A program made the position numbers and the translations under genes. From an uncultured Planctomycetaceae bacterium (GTDB lineage: Bacteria; Planctomycetota; Planctomycetia; Isosphaerales; Isosphaeraceae), in the NCBI GenBank assembly GCA_963833985.1, contig CAWIAD010000002.1:2816001-2880000 (forward strand): a stretch of DNA of 64,000 nt. The letters are read 5' to 3'. The notes beneath the pieces are model-generated. The model searched no databases. It was not told the DNA's origin and saw only the letters and a program-made list of their open reading frames with translations. The stretch's first letter is position 1. Each line of letters opens with the position of its first letter. Below are positions 11,756-22,874 of this stretch, in pieces.

Positions 11756-11784
11756 TTGAATTCCGCCGCGTCTTTGCCTATTGT
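11756..11784 (+). promoter_or_regulatory. Putative sigma70 promoter of rpsO
   Basis: TTGAAT-N17-TATTGT about 70 nt upstream of the rpsO ATG, in a locally AT-rich patch. Confidence 0.45.
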
Positions 11785-11856
11785 TGGTACCTTAAAGTGT
11801 TGTACGGTTTCACAATGACGGCCGTCGGACGAAGGGCGGCGGTAGTGGGGTCAGAG

Positions 11857-12126
11857 ATGTCGATCACCAGGGAGAAGAAGTCGGAACTGATCGAGTCGTT
11901 CAAGCGGGGCGAACACGACACGGGTTCGCCGGAGGTGCAGATCGCGCTGTTGACGGCCCGGATCAATGACTTGACGGACCATTTCAAGACGCACGCCAAG
12001 GACCATGCCAGCCGCCGCGGACTGCTCATGATGGTCTCGAAGCGGTCGGGGCTGCTCAAGTACTTGCGGCTGCACGATCGGAAGAAGTATCTCGACGTGA
12101 TCGGCCGCCTGGGAATTCGCAAGTAG
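11857..12126 (+). CDS. rpsO: 30S ribosomal protein S15
   Basis: 89 aa, MSITREKK...[37 protein letters not shown]...LGIRK. Lies upstream of pnp. Confidence 0.98.
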   Translation: MSITREKKSELIESFKRGEHDTGSPEVQIALLTARINDLTDHFKTHAKDHASRRGLLMMVSKRSGLLKYLRLHDRKKYLDVIGRLGIRK

Positions 12127-12518
12127 CCTGCTCCCCGATCGCGGGGCAGGCATGCCGCGCAGTCAGGCAGCCGCGGCCCGTAGCATCTGGGACAGACGCC
12201 GGTTCCATCCGGCCTGATTTGCGTTTCATCGAAGATTGTTTTCTTGCCGGTGCAATGCCAGCAACGGGATCCGAGTTCACCGTGACAATTCGCCCGCGTT
12301 CTGCCGGGGAGCCCTGCGATGGTGAGCCTGCGAGCAGCCGAGGCCTGGCTGGCGTAGTCGAACTCCACGCGCCGGGTCAGCGGGCTGGCGGACTTGCGGT
12401 CGGTCCCCGCGGAGACGCGTGCACGCTCCCACGGAGCGCGTGCCGCCGGCAGCGGGCATTCCACTCCTCCTCTTACATTCAGTGACGCCGCCTCGGGCGG
12501 CCTTGCAGGTAGTATTCC

Positions 12519-14911
12519 ATGTCCAGTAACGCCTTAGCTCGCAAGATTGTGGAACGGACCATCGGTGGGAAAGTGATCAGCATCGAGACGGGCTTCCTGG
12601 CCAAGCAGGCCAGCGGCGCCGTGGTCGTGCGCATCGGCGATACCATGTCGCTGGTGGCAACCATGGCCGCGCCGGACGGGAGGGCCTTGATTTCTTTCCG
12701 CTCACCGTGGATTACCGCGAGAAGACCTATGCCGCGGGCAAGTTTCCCGGCGGCTTCATCAAACGTGAAGGGCGGCCTTCCACCAAGGAGATCCTCACCG
12801 CCCGCCTCATCGACCGGCCGATCCGCCCGCTTTTCCCGGAGTGGTATCGCGAGGAGGTGCAAATCCAGGCCGGGCCGATCTCGGCCGATCGCCAGAACGA
12901 TCCGGACGTTCCCTCGATCATCGGGGCCTCGGCCTCGCTGTTGCTGACCAAGGCGCCTTTCCAGGGGCCGATCGGCGCTGTGCGGCTGGCGCGCGTCGAG
13001 GGCGCGCTCATCGCGTTCCCCACGGTGGAAGAGCTGGAGAACAGCGATCTGGACCTGGTCGTTTGCAGTACCTCGAAGGCCGTGGTGATGATCGAGGGCT
13101 TCGGCGACGAGCTGCCCGAGCCCGAGATGGCCGACGCGATCATGCACGCACACGGGCTGAACCAGGAGGTCATCCAGCTTCAGTTCGATCTGCTCGAGGC
13201 CCTGGGTCTGCCCATACCCGAGCATGCCGAGACGCACCCCGACGCGCTCCGACAGTTGCTTTACGACCGCTTTGCCGAGCGGCTCCGCGAGGTGAAGCAG
13301 ATTGTGCTCAAGCAGGAACGGAACAGCGCCACGAAGGCCCTGCTGGAGCAGGTGATCAAGGAGCTGATCCCCGCCGAGGGCGAGCCGCTGGCCGTTGCCG
13401 CGGCAACACCGGCCGGGGGCAGCGAGGGAGCCGAAGCACCGGGGCCGACGCCCGTGACGCCCGGCCGGATCAAGGCCGCGTTCACGGCGGTCGAGGAGCG
13501 GGTGGTGCGTGAGCTGATCCTCGACGGCAAGCGGCCCGACGGCCGCGGCCCGCGCGACCTGCGCTCCATCCGCTGCGAGGTGGGTCTGTTGCCGCGCGCC
13601 CACGGCTCGGCCATCTTCCAGCGCGGCGAGACCCAGGCCCTGGTGACCACGGTGCTGGGCACCACCGCCGACGAGCAGCGCGTCGATGGCATCATGGACG
13701 AATATAGCAAGAAGTTCATGCTCGATTACAACATGCCGCCGTTCGCCGTCGGCGAGATCCGGCCCATTCGCGGGCCGGGCCGGCGTGAGATCGGCCATGG
13801 CGCCCTGGCGGAACGCTCGGTGGCGCCGATCCTGCCCAATCCCGCGAAGTTTCCGTACACGATCCGGGTGATCTCCGACATCCTCGAGTCCAACGGCTCC
13901 AGCTCGATGGCCTCGGTCTGCGGTGCCACGCTCAGCCTGATGGACGCAGGCGTACCGATCAGCGACCCGGTGGGGGGAATCTCGATCGGCCTGGTGCAGG
14001 ACGAGTCCGGCGGCCGTCACACCCTCCTGACCGACATCATCGGCGACGAGGACCACTTCGGCGACATGGATTTCAAGGTCGCCGGCACGCAGCGCGGGGT
14101 CACCGGCATCCAGCTTGATCTCAAGAACAAGGGGATCACCGAGGAAATCATCCGCGAGACCCTGGAGCAGGCCCACGAGGCACGGCTGGAGATCCTGCGG
14201 GCCATGCTGCGGGCCATCAAGCGGCCGCGTGACGAGATCTCGTCGAACGCTCCTCGGCTCATCCAGATCCAGATCAATCCCGAGAAGATCGGCCTGATCA
14301 TCGGCCCGGGTGGCAAGACCATCCGCCGGCTCCAGGACGAGACGGGCGCCAAGATCGACATCGAGGACAGCGGCGTGGTCACGCTCTCGAGCCCCGATGC
14401 GACCGGGGCCGAGGCGGCCCGCGACAAGATCGTCGCCATGACCGAGGGCGTGCAGATTGGCCGCATCTACGAGGGCCGGGTCACCTCCATCAAGGAGTTC
14501 GGGGCCTTCGTGGAGATCCTTCCCGGCAAGGACGGCCTGGTGCACATCAGCGAGCTTTCCGACGGCTACGTCTCGAGCGTGACGGACATCTGTCGGGTCG
14601 GCGATCCGATGCTGGTGAAGGCCATTGCGGTGGACGACCAGGACCGTGTGAAGCTCTCGCGCAAGGCGGCGATGGCCGAACGCGGCCTGCCCGACGAATT
14701 CGCGAGCAGGACCCGGCCGCCGGGCGGCCCCGCCGAGAGACCGCCGGGCGGCGGGCCGGGAGCCGCGCCGCGACGCGTTCCAGGGCCTCCGGGAGACCCC
14801 GGCAGGGATCGCGACCGTGAACGCGAACGGGGCTTCGCCGGCGGCGACCGTGATCGTGATCGTGATCGTGATCGTGATCGTGGCGGCGCGCGGGGACCCT
14901 CTCGGCCCTGA
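12519..14911 (+). CDS. pnp: Polyribonucleotide nucleotidyltransferase (PNPase); apparent frameshift at ~12673
   Basis: The N-terminus (IETGFLAKQASGAV) joins DFFPLTVDYREK in another frame. RREIGHGALAERS, ESNGSSSMASVC, DMDFKVAGT, KH and S1 domains present. Confidence 0.95.
14846..14881 (+). repeat. (GAYCGT)6 hexamer repeat encoding Asp-Arg dipeptides in the PNPase tail
   Basis: GACCGT followed by GATCGT x5, read directly from the sequence. Confidence 0.85.
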
Positions 14912-15005
14912 CCGACAAGCGATGCAAAACGCGGGCCGGCCCGGTTGTTGCGGGGAGGTCCATTTGCCCACAGCCGGGAATCGAGGGATTCCGCGAAGGG
15001 GTCTC

Positions 15006-15971
15006 ATGGTGAACCCTGCTCCCCGCTCCGCTGCCGATCCAGTCGTCGAGCCGGCCGGCAGCACCGGGCCGCACGCCCGGGCCGCCAGTCCGGCCGCGTC
15101 TGCGTCTGGGTCTGCATCCGCGTCTCCGTCTGCATCCGCGTCCGCACCGCCGCGATCGCAGGCCGGCGGTGCGAACCCGCGCGTGCTGTCCCGTCCGCCC
15201 GGGCCGGATGCCGATGCCCCACCGGTCGACCAGCCGGGCGACCCTGATCTGACGAATCGATTGCGGGCGCAGTATGCCGAGATCTCCCAGCTTGCGGGCG
15301 GGCTGGCACACGAGATTCGCAATCCGCTGTCCACGCTATCCCTCAACCTGGACCTGCTGGCCGAGGATTTCCAGACGCCCGAATCGCCGCGCGACCGCCG
15401 GGTCAAGCAGCGGCTGGAGCGGCTCAAGCGCGAGACGCAACGGCTCTACGACATCCTGGAAAACTTCCTGCGCTTCGCCCGGGTGCAGGAGCTGAAGCGA
15501 TCCGCCACCGATCTGAACGCGCTGGCCGCCGAGCTGACCGACTTCTACGAGCCGCAGGCCTCGACCCGGGGCATTCTGGTGCGCACTTACTTCGCCCCCG
15601 ACCTGCCGCGGCTGGAGATCGACGCCGACCTGATCAAGCAGGCGCTCCTGAACCTGATGCTCAACGCCGAGCAAGCCATGGGTCAGGGTGGAGAGCTGAT
15701 CATGACCACCAGGCGCGAGGGACCCTGGCTCGTGCTCGAGGTGACCGACACGGGCAGCGGCATGGCGGCGGACGTCCAGCGCAGGATCTTTGATCCGTTT
15801 TACTCCACGCGTCCCGGCGGCAGCGGCCTGGGCCTGCCGACCACCCGGAAAATCATCGAGGCGCACGGCGGGACGATCGAGGTTCACAGCGAGCCGGGCA
15901 AGGGGTCGCGCTTCTCCCTGCGGTTGCCCCTGCGGACCCCGGCGCAGACGATCGCCTCCGAGACGTCGTGA
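15006..15971 (+). CDS. Cytoplasmic histidine kinase (no TM or sensor domain evident)
   Basis: H-box [10 protein letters not shown]-box [22 protein letters not shown] and GSGLGL. The N-terminus is a low-complexity Ala/Ser/Pro stretch. Start uncertain. Confidence 0.9.
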   Translation: MVNPAPRSAADPVVEPAGSTGPHARAASPAASASGSASASPSASASAPPRSQAGGANPRVLSRPPGPDADAPPVDQPGDPDLTNRLRAQYAEISQLAGGLAHEIRNPLSTLSLNLDLLAEDFQTPESPRDRRVKQRLERLKRETQRLYDILENFLRFARVQELKRSATDLNALAAELTDFYEPQASTRGILVRTYFAPDLPRLEIDADLIKQALLNLMLNAEQAMGQGGELIMTTRREGPWLVLEVTDTGSGMAADVQRRIFDPFYSTRPGGSGLGLPTTRKIIEAHGGTIEVHSEPGKGSRFSLRLPLRTPAQTIASETS

Positions 15972-16099
15972 GTGGGCGGCGTCCTGCTTTCCTTCCCCGT
16001 GAGCGGTCCTGGTTGGCCCGGCATTCGAGTGTCGTCATGCAGGGCAAATCGGGTCCCGCGGAAACCAACGCACCACCCGGACGAGCTGAGAAGCGGCCG

Positions 16100-17470
16100 A
16101 TGGACCAGCAGATTCGCGTGCTTGTGGTCGACGACGATGAGCCCCATGCCGAGGCCGTGGCCGAGAGCCTGGAGCGCGTGGGCTACGAGTGCGTCGTGGC
16201 CAACAGCGGTCGCGAGGGACTGCGGCTGATCGAGGAACAGACCTTCGACATCATCATCTCCGACCTGATCATGGAAGGCGTGGGCGGGCTGGAGATCCTG
16301 GCCAAGGCCAAGCGCGAGCTGCCCGACGCCGAGGTGGTCATCCTCACCGGGCACGGTACGATCAAGACCGCCGTCACGGCCATGCAGGCGGGCGCCACCA
16401 CGTACCTTACCAAGCCGCTCGATATCGGCGAGCTGCGCACGGTCGTGGACAAGGCATCGCAGTCCCAGCGCCTGGCGCGGTCGAACGTCGAGTTGCAGAA
16501 GCAGCTCAACGAGAAGTTCGGCTTCGAGGGGGTGATCGGCAACTCGCCGGCGATGCACACCGTCGTCGCCCGGCTGCGGCAGATCGCACCCACCTCGGCC
16601 TCGGTGCTGATCACCGGCGAGTCAGGCACCGGCAAGGAGCTGGTCGCCAAGGCGCTGCACAATAACAGCCCCCGGCGGTACAAGCCGTTCGTCGCGCTGA
16701 ACTGTGCCGCGCTCTCCGACAACATCCTGGAAAGCGAGCTGTTCGGGCACGTCAAGGGCGCCTTCACCGGGGCTGACCGGGAGCGCAAGGGGTGGTTCGA
16801 GCACGCCAACGGCGGCACGCTCTTCCTGGACGAGGTGGGCGACATCCCGCTGGGCACCCAGGTGAAGCTGCTGCGCGCACTCGAGAGCGGCGAGATCGTC
16901 CGCGTGGGCACGAACGAGCCGATCAAGGTCAACGTCCGGCTCATCTCGGCCACCAACCGCGAGCTCAGCGACGCCATCGCCGCCAGCGACTTCCGCCAGG
17001 ACCTGTACCACCGGCTCAAGGTGGTGAGCATCAAGCTTCCGCCGCTCCGCGAACGGCGCGAGGACATGGACCTGCTGATCGACCACTTCCTCAAGGAATT
17101 CTCCGCGTCCCACAGTCGCAAGATCAGCGCCGTCACTGCCGCGGTGCGCAAGCTCTTGCGGCAATACTCCTGGCCGGGAAACGTCCGAGAGCTGAAGAAC
17201 GTGATCGAGAGCATGGTGGTCATTGACACCGACGGCGTGCTTGACGTCGACGACCTCACCGAGGACATCCAGGCCGCCACCGTGGCCAGGACCGGCGACA
17301 GCGGCAGCGTCTCCGATGCACTCCTGGGCAAGCCGCTCGATGTCATCGAGAAGCACTTCATCCTGGAAACGCTGAAGCTCTGCGGAGGCAACCGCGAGGA
17401 GGCCGCGCGGATGCTCGGCATCGGCGAGCGCACGCTGTACCGCAAGCTCAAGGAGTATGGCGGAGGCTGA
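16100..17470 (+). CDS. NtrC-family sigma54-dependent response regulator (REC-AAA+-Fis HTH)
   Basis: VLVVDDD and SDLIM receiver motifs, [29 protein letters not shown] and WPGNVREL. C-terminal [19 protein letters not shown]. Confidence 0.95.
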   Translation: MDQQIRVLVVDDDEPHAEAVAESLERVGYECVVANSGREGLRLIEEQTFDIIISDLIMEGVGGLEILAKAKRELPDAEVVILTGHGTIKTAVTAMQAGATTYLTKPLDIGELRTVVDKASQSQRLARSNVELQKQLNEKFGFEGVIGNSPAMHTVVARLRQIAPTSASVLITGESGTGKELVAKALHNNSPRRYKPFVALNCAALSDNILESELFGHVKGAFTGADRERKGWFEHANGGTLFLDEVGDIPLGTQVKLLRALESGEIVRVGTNEPIKVNVRLISATNRELSDAIAASDFRQDLYHRLKVVSIKLPPLRERREDMDLLIDHFLKEFSASHSRKISAVTAAVRKLLRQYSWPGNVRELKNVIESMVVIDTDGVLDVDDLTEDIQAATVARTGDSGSVSDALLGKPLDVIEKHFILETLKLCGGNREEAARMLGIGERTLYRKLKEYGGG

Positions 17471-17526
17471 TGCGGTCCGGCCATTTCGATGGCACATGTT
17501 CCTGTAGACAATGGGAGATCCCGTTC

Positions 17527-18804
17527 ATGGAAATGACGCTCGAGACCGGCGCGGCGGGCCGCGCTGCCCTGACATCGATGTTCTTCTGTGTGCTGCCCCT
17601 GGTGCTCGAGCCGGCGGGCCGGTCCCAGGAGGTCCTTCCGCGCGCCACTCCCGAGTCGGTCGGCGTCTCCTCCGAGCGACTCCAGCGCGTCGGCACGGCC
17701 ATCCAGCGGCACATTGACGCGCAGCACATCTCCGGGGCCGTCACCCTGGTGGCTCGCAAGGGGTTCGTCGTTCAGTATGAAGCGTACGGCGTGCGGGATG
17801 TCGCATCGAAGGCGCCCATGACCCGCGACACGATCTTCAGGATGGCCTCGTCGACCAAGCCGGTCACCGGAGCGGCCGTGCTGATGATGGTCGAGGAGGG
17901 AAAGCTCCATCTGGCCGATCCGGTTTCGAAGTACATCCCGGAGTTCAAGGACCTGAAGGTCGCCGTCGAGAAGGAGCATTCGTCCGATGTGGAGCTGGTG
18001 AAGGCCGACCGCGAGATCACCGTGCGCGACCTGCTCACCCACACGTCCGGCTTGCTCAGCGGCGGTGCGGGCACGCGGAAATCACCCCAGGACCTGATGT
18101 GGCCGAAAGGCGAGGACACGCTTGCAACGCACGTCCCCCGGCTGGCCGCGGCCGCGCTGGATTTCCAGCCGGGCACGAAGTGGCGTTACAGCGGCCTGGC
18201 CGGCATCGACACCCTGGGGCGCCTCGTCGAGATCGCCTCGGGCGAGAGCTTCGACGCCTTCCTGCGACAGCGGATCTTCGAGCCCCTGGGCATGCGCGAT
18301 ACCTGTTTCGTCGTTCCCGACGACCGCCAGGCGCGGGTCGCGACGATCTACCGGAGCACGGGTAACGGGCTGGAACAGAACCCCATGCAACTGCGGTTCC
18401 CGAAGACCTATTTCTCGGGAGCCGGCGGGCTCGCCTCCACGGCCGCGGACTACTTCCGCTTCGGCCAGATGCTGCTGAACCGCGGCGCACTCGACGGCAA
18501 GCAGATCCTCAGCCCGCGCAGCGTGGCGCTCATGTCCTCGAACCACGTCGGCGAGATGTTCCCGGGTCAGCTTGGCCGGCCCGAGGGCATGGGGTTCGGC
18601 TTCACGGTCGAAGTGGTGGTCGACCCGATCGCCGCCGGGACCTATCGCTCGGCCGGCAGCTTCGGCTGGGATGGCGCCTTCGGCACCCACTTCTGGGTCG
18701 ACCCCGAGGAGCAGCTCGTCGCCGTACTCATGATCCAGACCTCCGCCGCCCGCCCCATTCACCGCGACTTCGAGACCGCCGTGATGCAGGCGATCGTGGA
18801 GTAG
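17527..18804 (+). CDS. Serine hydrolase, beta-lactamase class C/AmpC-like family
   Basis: SxxK (MASSTK), LLTHTSGL, PGTKWRYS and FGWDGAFGT motifs. Confidence 0.9.
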   Translation: MEMTLETGAAGRAALTSMFFCVLPLVLEPAGRSQEVLPRATPESVGVSSERLQRVGTAIQRHIDAQHISGAVTLVARKGFVVQYEAYGVRDVASKAPMTRDTIFRMASSTKPVTGAAVLMMVEEGKLHLADPVSKYIPEFKDLKVAVEKEHSSDVELVKADREITVRDLLTHTSGLLSGGAGTRKSPQDLMWPKGEDTLATHVPRLAAAALDFQPGTKWRYSGLAGIDTLGRLVEIASGESFDAFLRQRIFEPLGMRDTCFVVPDDRQARVATIYRSTGNGLEQNPMQLRFPKTYFSGAGGLASTAADYFRFGQMLLNRGALDGKQILSPRSVALMSSNHVGEMFPGQLGRPEGMGFGFTVEVVVDPIAAGTYRSAGSFGWDGAFGTHFWVDPEEQLVAVLMIQTSAARPIHRDFETAVMQAIVE

Positions 18805-19094
18805 CTCCCAGGTACTCAGGACGAACCTCCCGGCGCAGCAGGCGACTGGCCGCCCCTGGTGCGCCTGAGAGTGGGGTCGACGAACTCGAAGCGTGACCGA
18901 GCCGGTCGTCGAGCAGGCTGATGACCTGGCTCGACCTGCCGGGGACGGCCGCCCGGTGGCCCCCGCCGTCTCCATCCGGTAAGATGGCGCACAGGTACCC
19001 GCGCTCTGCTGCGCGTTCCCGATGCCGGACCGAAAGCATGCCCCGGCGCCTGGGGTTGACGGGTACCTCGATCGGTCCGGAGCGGAGCCCTCAC

Positions 19095-20676
19095 ATGGCG
19101 GTCTCGTCCAGCCCATGGACCCAGGCGGTGGACAGCGTTGTCCATGCTCGGGGTGCCTTGCCGATCGCTCTCCTGCTCGCGGGGCATTTCCTCTTCCTGG
19201 CAGCCTTTTTCGCACCGGCGATCTCAACCCCTGATGCGAATGGGTACATGGCCCAGGCGCGGCTGATCGCGCGGCAGGGGCGGACGGACATCGTGGTCGA
19301 ATCGCCCGCGCAGTACGTGGGCGACCACTGGATGCCCGTGGCCGACGGCGAGTACTACGGGCAATATCCGCCGGGACTGCCTGCGTTGCTGGCGCTGGTC
19401 TTCAGGCCGCTGGGTTGGTATGCCACGCTCTGGGTGATCCCGATCCTTGGCTCGCTGTCGCTGCTGGGGCTCTATCTCGTGGTCCGAGACTGGGTCGGGC
19501 CGGAATGGGCGCTTCTGGCCGCGGTGCTCATGGCGGTCAATCCGTTCGCGAACAAGCATGCGCTGGGGGCGGACTCGCACACGGCCGTCTGCTTCTTTCT
19601 GATCTGGGCGCTGTACGCGCTGGTGCGCTGGGAGCGCAGCCGCGCGCCGGGGTGGGCCGCCCTGGTGGGGTTCTGCCTGGGCGTCATCCCCAGCATCCGC
19701 TACGCCGAAACACTGTTCCTCGTTCCCTTCGTTGTGTACGTTCTGGCCAGCCCGCCGCGCGGTGGCCGCTGGTGGCGGTCGATGCTGACGGCGCTGGTGT
19801 GTGCCAGTGTCCCGCTGATCGCCCTGGCCGTGCGCAACCAGGTCGCATTCGGTGCCTTCTGGAAGACCGGCTACAGCGTCTCTGGTGAGCAGACCGTATT
19901 CGGCCTGGGATACTTCGTGCGGCACGCGATCCCCTACCTGGTGATGCTGCTGATCCTGGGCGTGGCACTGCACTGGGGCCTTCCCTATTCCACGATCGCG
20001 CTGTACCGCCTGAAACAGGAAAACCTGGCCATCGCCCGGGTGACGCGGGCGGTGCAGGAGCACGTGCAGCCTGGCAGTGTGCTGATCGCGCAGAGCGGAC
20101 TGTTGCAGCACCTCGATTATCTGGGCGACTGGCGGCTGGCCCCCGAGGAAGCGTTCGAGCGGCCGGTGCGTCACTCCGGGCCGCGCGGTCCGGGAGCACA
20201 GTGGAGCGAGGAGGCGGCCGAGCCCGGTTCGAGTCCCGCCGGGTACGCCCGCGGCTTCCTGGGCGACATCGCGCGCTGGGCGGGCCCCGCGGGGCAGGTG
20301 TACTGGCTGACGACCGCGGATCAACTCCAGGCTATTCGCGCGCGCCTCGGGCCGGAGGCGGGCCACTGCGAGCCGATCGCGGAGGTTCATGTCGACCTGC
20401 GCCGGTCCGGGTCCGCCACGCTTCGGCGGCGGTTCTCCGGACGCGCGCCGCGGTGGCCCGCCCCGCGGCCCGGGAATGTTTCCCTGGGCCGGGCCGCCGC
20501 CCGGCGGCATGAACCTTCCGGGCCCTCCCGCGCACTTCGACCCTCCCGAGGACGGCCAGTTCGTGCTCATCCGCTGGACGCCGCACGCGACTTCCCGCGC
20601 GGCGACTCCGAGCGGGGCAGGGGGAGGCGGATCGATCGCACTGCGGCTCCAACCTTTGCATTCTGTAGCATATTGA
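19095..20676 (+). CDS. GT-C-like (ArnT/PMT-type) membrane glycosyltransferase; apparent frameshift at ~20400
   Basis: ATG after GGAG. PDANGY...AR and QYPPGLP motifs with multiple TM helices. The natural C-terminus appears to lie in the shifted frame (GPGPPRFGGG...GQFVLIRW) ending at TGA 20676. Confidence 0.6.
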
Positions 20677-20693
20677 TTGAAAGATTATTGAAC

Positions 20694-22790
20694 ATGTTCA
20701 TCCTGAATTCAGGTGGCCGTCTCGTCCGGTTCTTGACGCGTTCCTTCTCCCGAACCACAGGCGTGGACAATCGCCCGTCGGGGCGCTCGCGTCATCAGTC
20801 ATCCTGCCGGCTCGTGGAGCGGCTCGAGCGGAGGGAGCTGCTGGCGACGCTGATGGTCTCCACCCTGGCCGACTCCGGGCCGGGCTCACTCCGCGCGGAG
20901 ATCTCGCAGGGCAACGTGGATACGAGCCCGGATACGATCACCTTCGGTCCCGGGGTGGTCGGGACCATCGTGCTGGTCTCCCCTTTGCCGGACCTGTCCG
21001 CAACGCTCTCGATCATGGGTCCCGGGTCCTCGGCGCTGGCGGTCGCGAGGAGCAGCGCCTTCGGAACGCCCTCGTTCCGAATCTTCAGCGTGGCTCAAGG
21101 CGCACGCGTCGTGATGTCCGGACTGACCATCACGGGAGGGAGCTTCACGGCGGTGCCGCCGACGGGAACCGATGGCGCGGGGATCCATAACGCCGGCGTG
21201 CTCACGCTCAGCGGCTGCACCATCGAGAACAATTCCAGCTCCGGCAATGGCGGAGGCATCCTGAACTCCGGCACCCTGTCGCTCATCGATTCATCGGTGA
21301 GCGGCAACAGCGCGGGGTTCGAGGGGGGCGGAATCGAGAGCTGGGGCACGCTCACGGTGAAAAACTCTATGATCGGCAACAACACGGCCGGAACATCGGG
21401 TGGCGGAATCAACAGCAATTACCCTGGGAGCCTGAATCTGGTGGGTTCGACCGTCTCCGGCAACATGGCGGATGGGACCGGAGGGCGTGGTGGCGGCGTG
21501 GGCGGGGGCATCTTCAGCGAGGGTCCGATCACGGTCAGCAACTCCACCTTGAGCGACAACACCGCCATCGGTGAGGTCCAGTATGGCGGCGGAGCGGGAG
21601 GCGGGATCATCTGCTCCAACCCGCCTTTCGGACTGACGATCACCGGCTCGACCGTCAGCGGCAACAAGGTGGTCACGGTCGGCGGCGTTTCGGGATTCAC
21701 CGGGCAGGGGGGCGGCATCTGGTGCGGCAATGCTCCGCTGCTCATGACCAACTGCACCGTGAGCGGCAATAGCGCCTTCGACGGCGGCGGAATTCTCGGC
21801 TCTCTCGGCCGCATCGTGTTCTCGACGATCAGCGACAACTCGGCAACGCGCGGCGGTGGCATCGCGCTCTCGGAGCTTCAGGGGCCGGTGCTGACGCTCG
21901 GCGACTCGCTCCTCTCCAATCCTCAGGGTGGAAACCTGGCGCTGTCCTTCAACTCGAACGGTTCCTACGTGTCTCTGGGACACAACCTCTTCTCCGACGT
22001 TCCGCCGATCGCTCTGGCTGCGACCGACCTCGTGAACACCAACCCGCTGCTTGGTCCACTGGGCGATCACGGTGGACCTACCTTCACACGGGCGTTGCTG
22101 CCGGGCAGTCCGGCCATCGACGCCGGTGTGACCATCGGCGGGGTTCTGACCGACCAGCGCGGGATTTTCCGTCCTCAGGGTAAGGCGCCGGACATCGGCG
22201 CGTTCGAGGTCGAAGCGACGTCGCCGACGGTCATCCTCCTGCAACGCCTCGGGGTCCACGACCAGCCGACCTCCTTGCTGGTCACGTTCAGCTTGCCCAT
22301 CGATCCCATGCGCGCCGAGGACCTCGCGAATTACCGCTTGGTCTGGTCCGGCCCGGATGCGAAGTTCGGCACCAGGGACGGTCGACTGATCCCGATCGTG
22401 ACGGCCCGGTACGATGCCGCGACGCAGACGGTGACTCTCCGTCCGCGGTGGCGTTTGCCGCTCCGCGACACGTTCCGGCTCACGGTGGTCGGCACGCCGC
22501 CTGGCGGACTGGCCACCCCGACGGCGGCCTACCTCGCTGGCTCACCGGGCGCCCGGCCAGGCACGAACTACGTCGCGCGGATCACGGGCAAATTACTGTC
22601 GCCACCAATCGAGCATCCCCGGGCGCAGCGGGCAGCCGCGGTCCGCGAACACGCATCTCGATCCAGACCCGGTCCCGTCCCCGTTCCCATCCATTCAGCG
22701 CGCTCGCTGTCTGGCTGGCACCGGGCAACTGCCGCCAGGCCGCGTGCCAGGGTGTTCCACCCGGCTACCTTGTCGCCGCTGCCGCGGTAG
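20694..22790 (+). CDS. Secreted beta-helix repeat protein with planctomycete leader and choice-of-anchor-Q-like domain
   Basis: VERLERRELLA leader, DSGPGSLR, repeated GGGI.N.G.L.L..S.VSGN units, and LGPLGDHGGPT..ALLPGSPAIDAG...DQRG..RPQG...DIGAFE. Confidence 0.75.
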   Translation: MFILNSGGRLVRFLTRSFSRTTGVDNRPSGRSRHQSSCRLVERLERRELLATLMVSTLADSGPGSLRAEISQGNVDTSPDTITFGPGVVGTIVLVSPLPDLSATLSIMGPGSSALAVARSSAFGTPSFRIFSVAQGARVVMSGLTITGGSFTAVPPTGTDGAGIHNAGVLTLSGCTIENNSSSGNGGGILNSGTLSLIDSSVSGNSAGFEGGGIESWGTLTVKNSMIGNNTAGTSGGGINSNYPGSLNLVGSTVSGNMADGTGGRGGGVGGGIFSEGPITVSNSTLSDNTAIGEVQYGGGAGGGIICSNPPFGLTITGSTVSGNKVVTVGGVSGFTGQGGGIWCGNAPLLMTNCTVSGNSAFDGGGILGSLGRIVFSTISDNSATRGGGIALSELQGPVLTLGDSLLSNPQGGNLALSFNSNGSYVSLGHNLFSDVPPIALAATDLVNTNPLLGPLGDHGGPTFTRALLPGSPAIDAGVTIGGVLTDQRGIFRPQGKAPDIGAFEVEATSPTVILLQRLGVHDQPTSLLVTFSLPIDPMRAEDLANYRLVWSGPDAKFGTRDGRLIPIVTARYDAATQTVTLRPRWRLPLRDTFRLTVVGTPPGGLATPTAAYLAGSPGARPGTNYVARITGKLLSPPIEHPRAQRAAAVREHASRSRPGPVPVPIHSARSLSGWHRATAARPRARVFHPATLSPLPR

Positions 22791-22874
22791 GCTGCGGTCC
22801 GGAAGCGGTAGTCCATGCCGGGTGCACGCACAGCCTTCGCATGGTTCTGAAGATTCATTGATCATTCATTCGAA

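Noticed and set aside
18921..22790. 1289-aa ORF that looks like a glycosyltransferase-adhesin fusion
   Set aside because: The joining segment is Arg-rich off-frame text crossing an AT-rich spacer. A frameshift near 20400 gives the first gene its own stop at 20676, and the second has its own ATG and leader at 20694.
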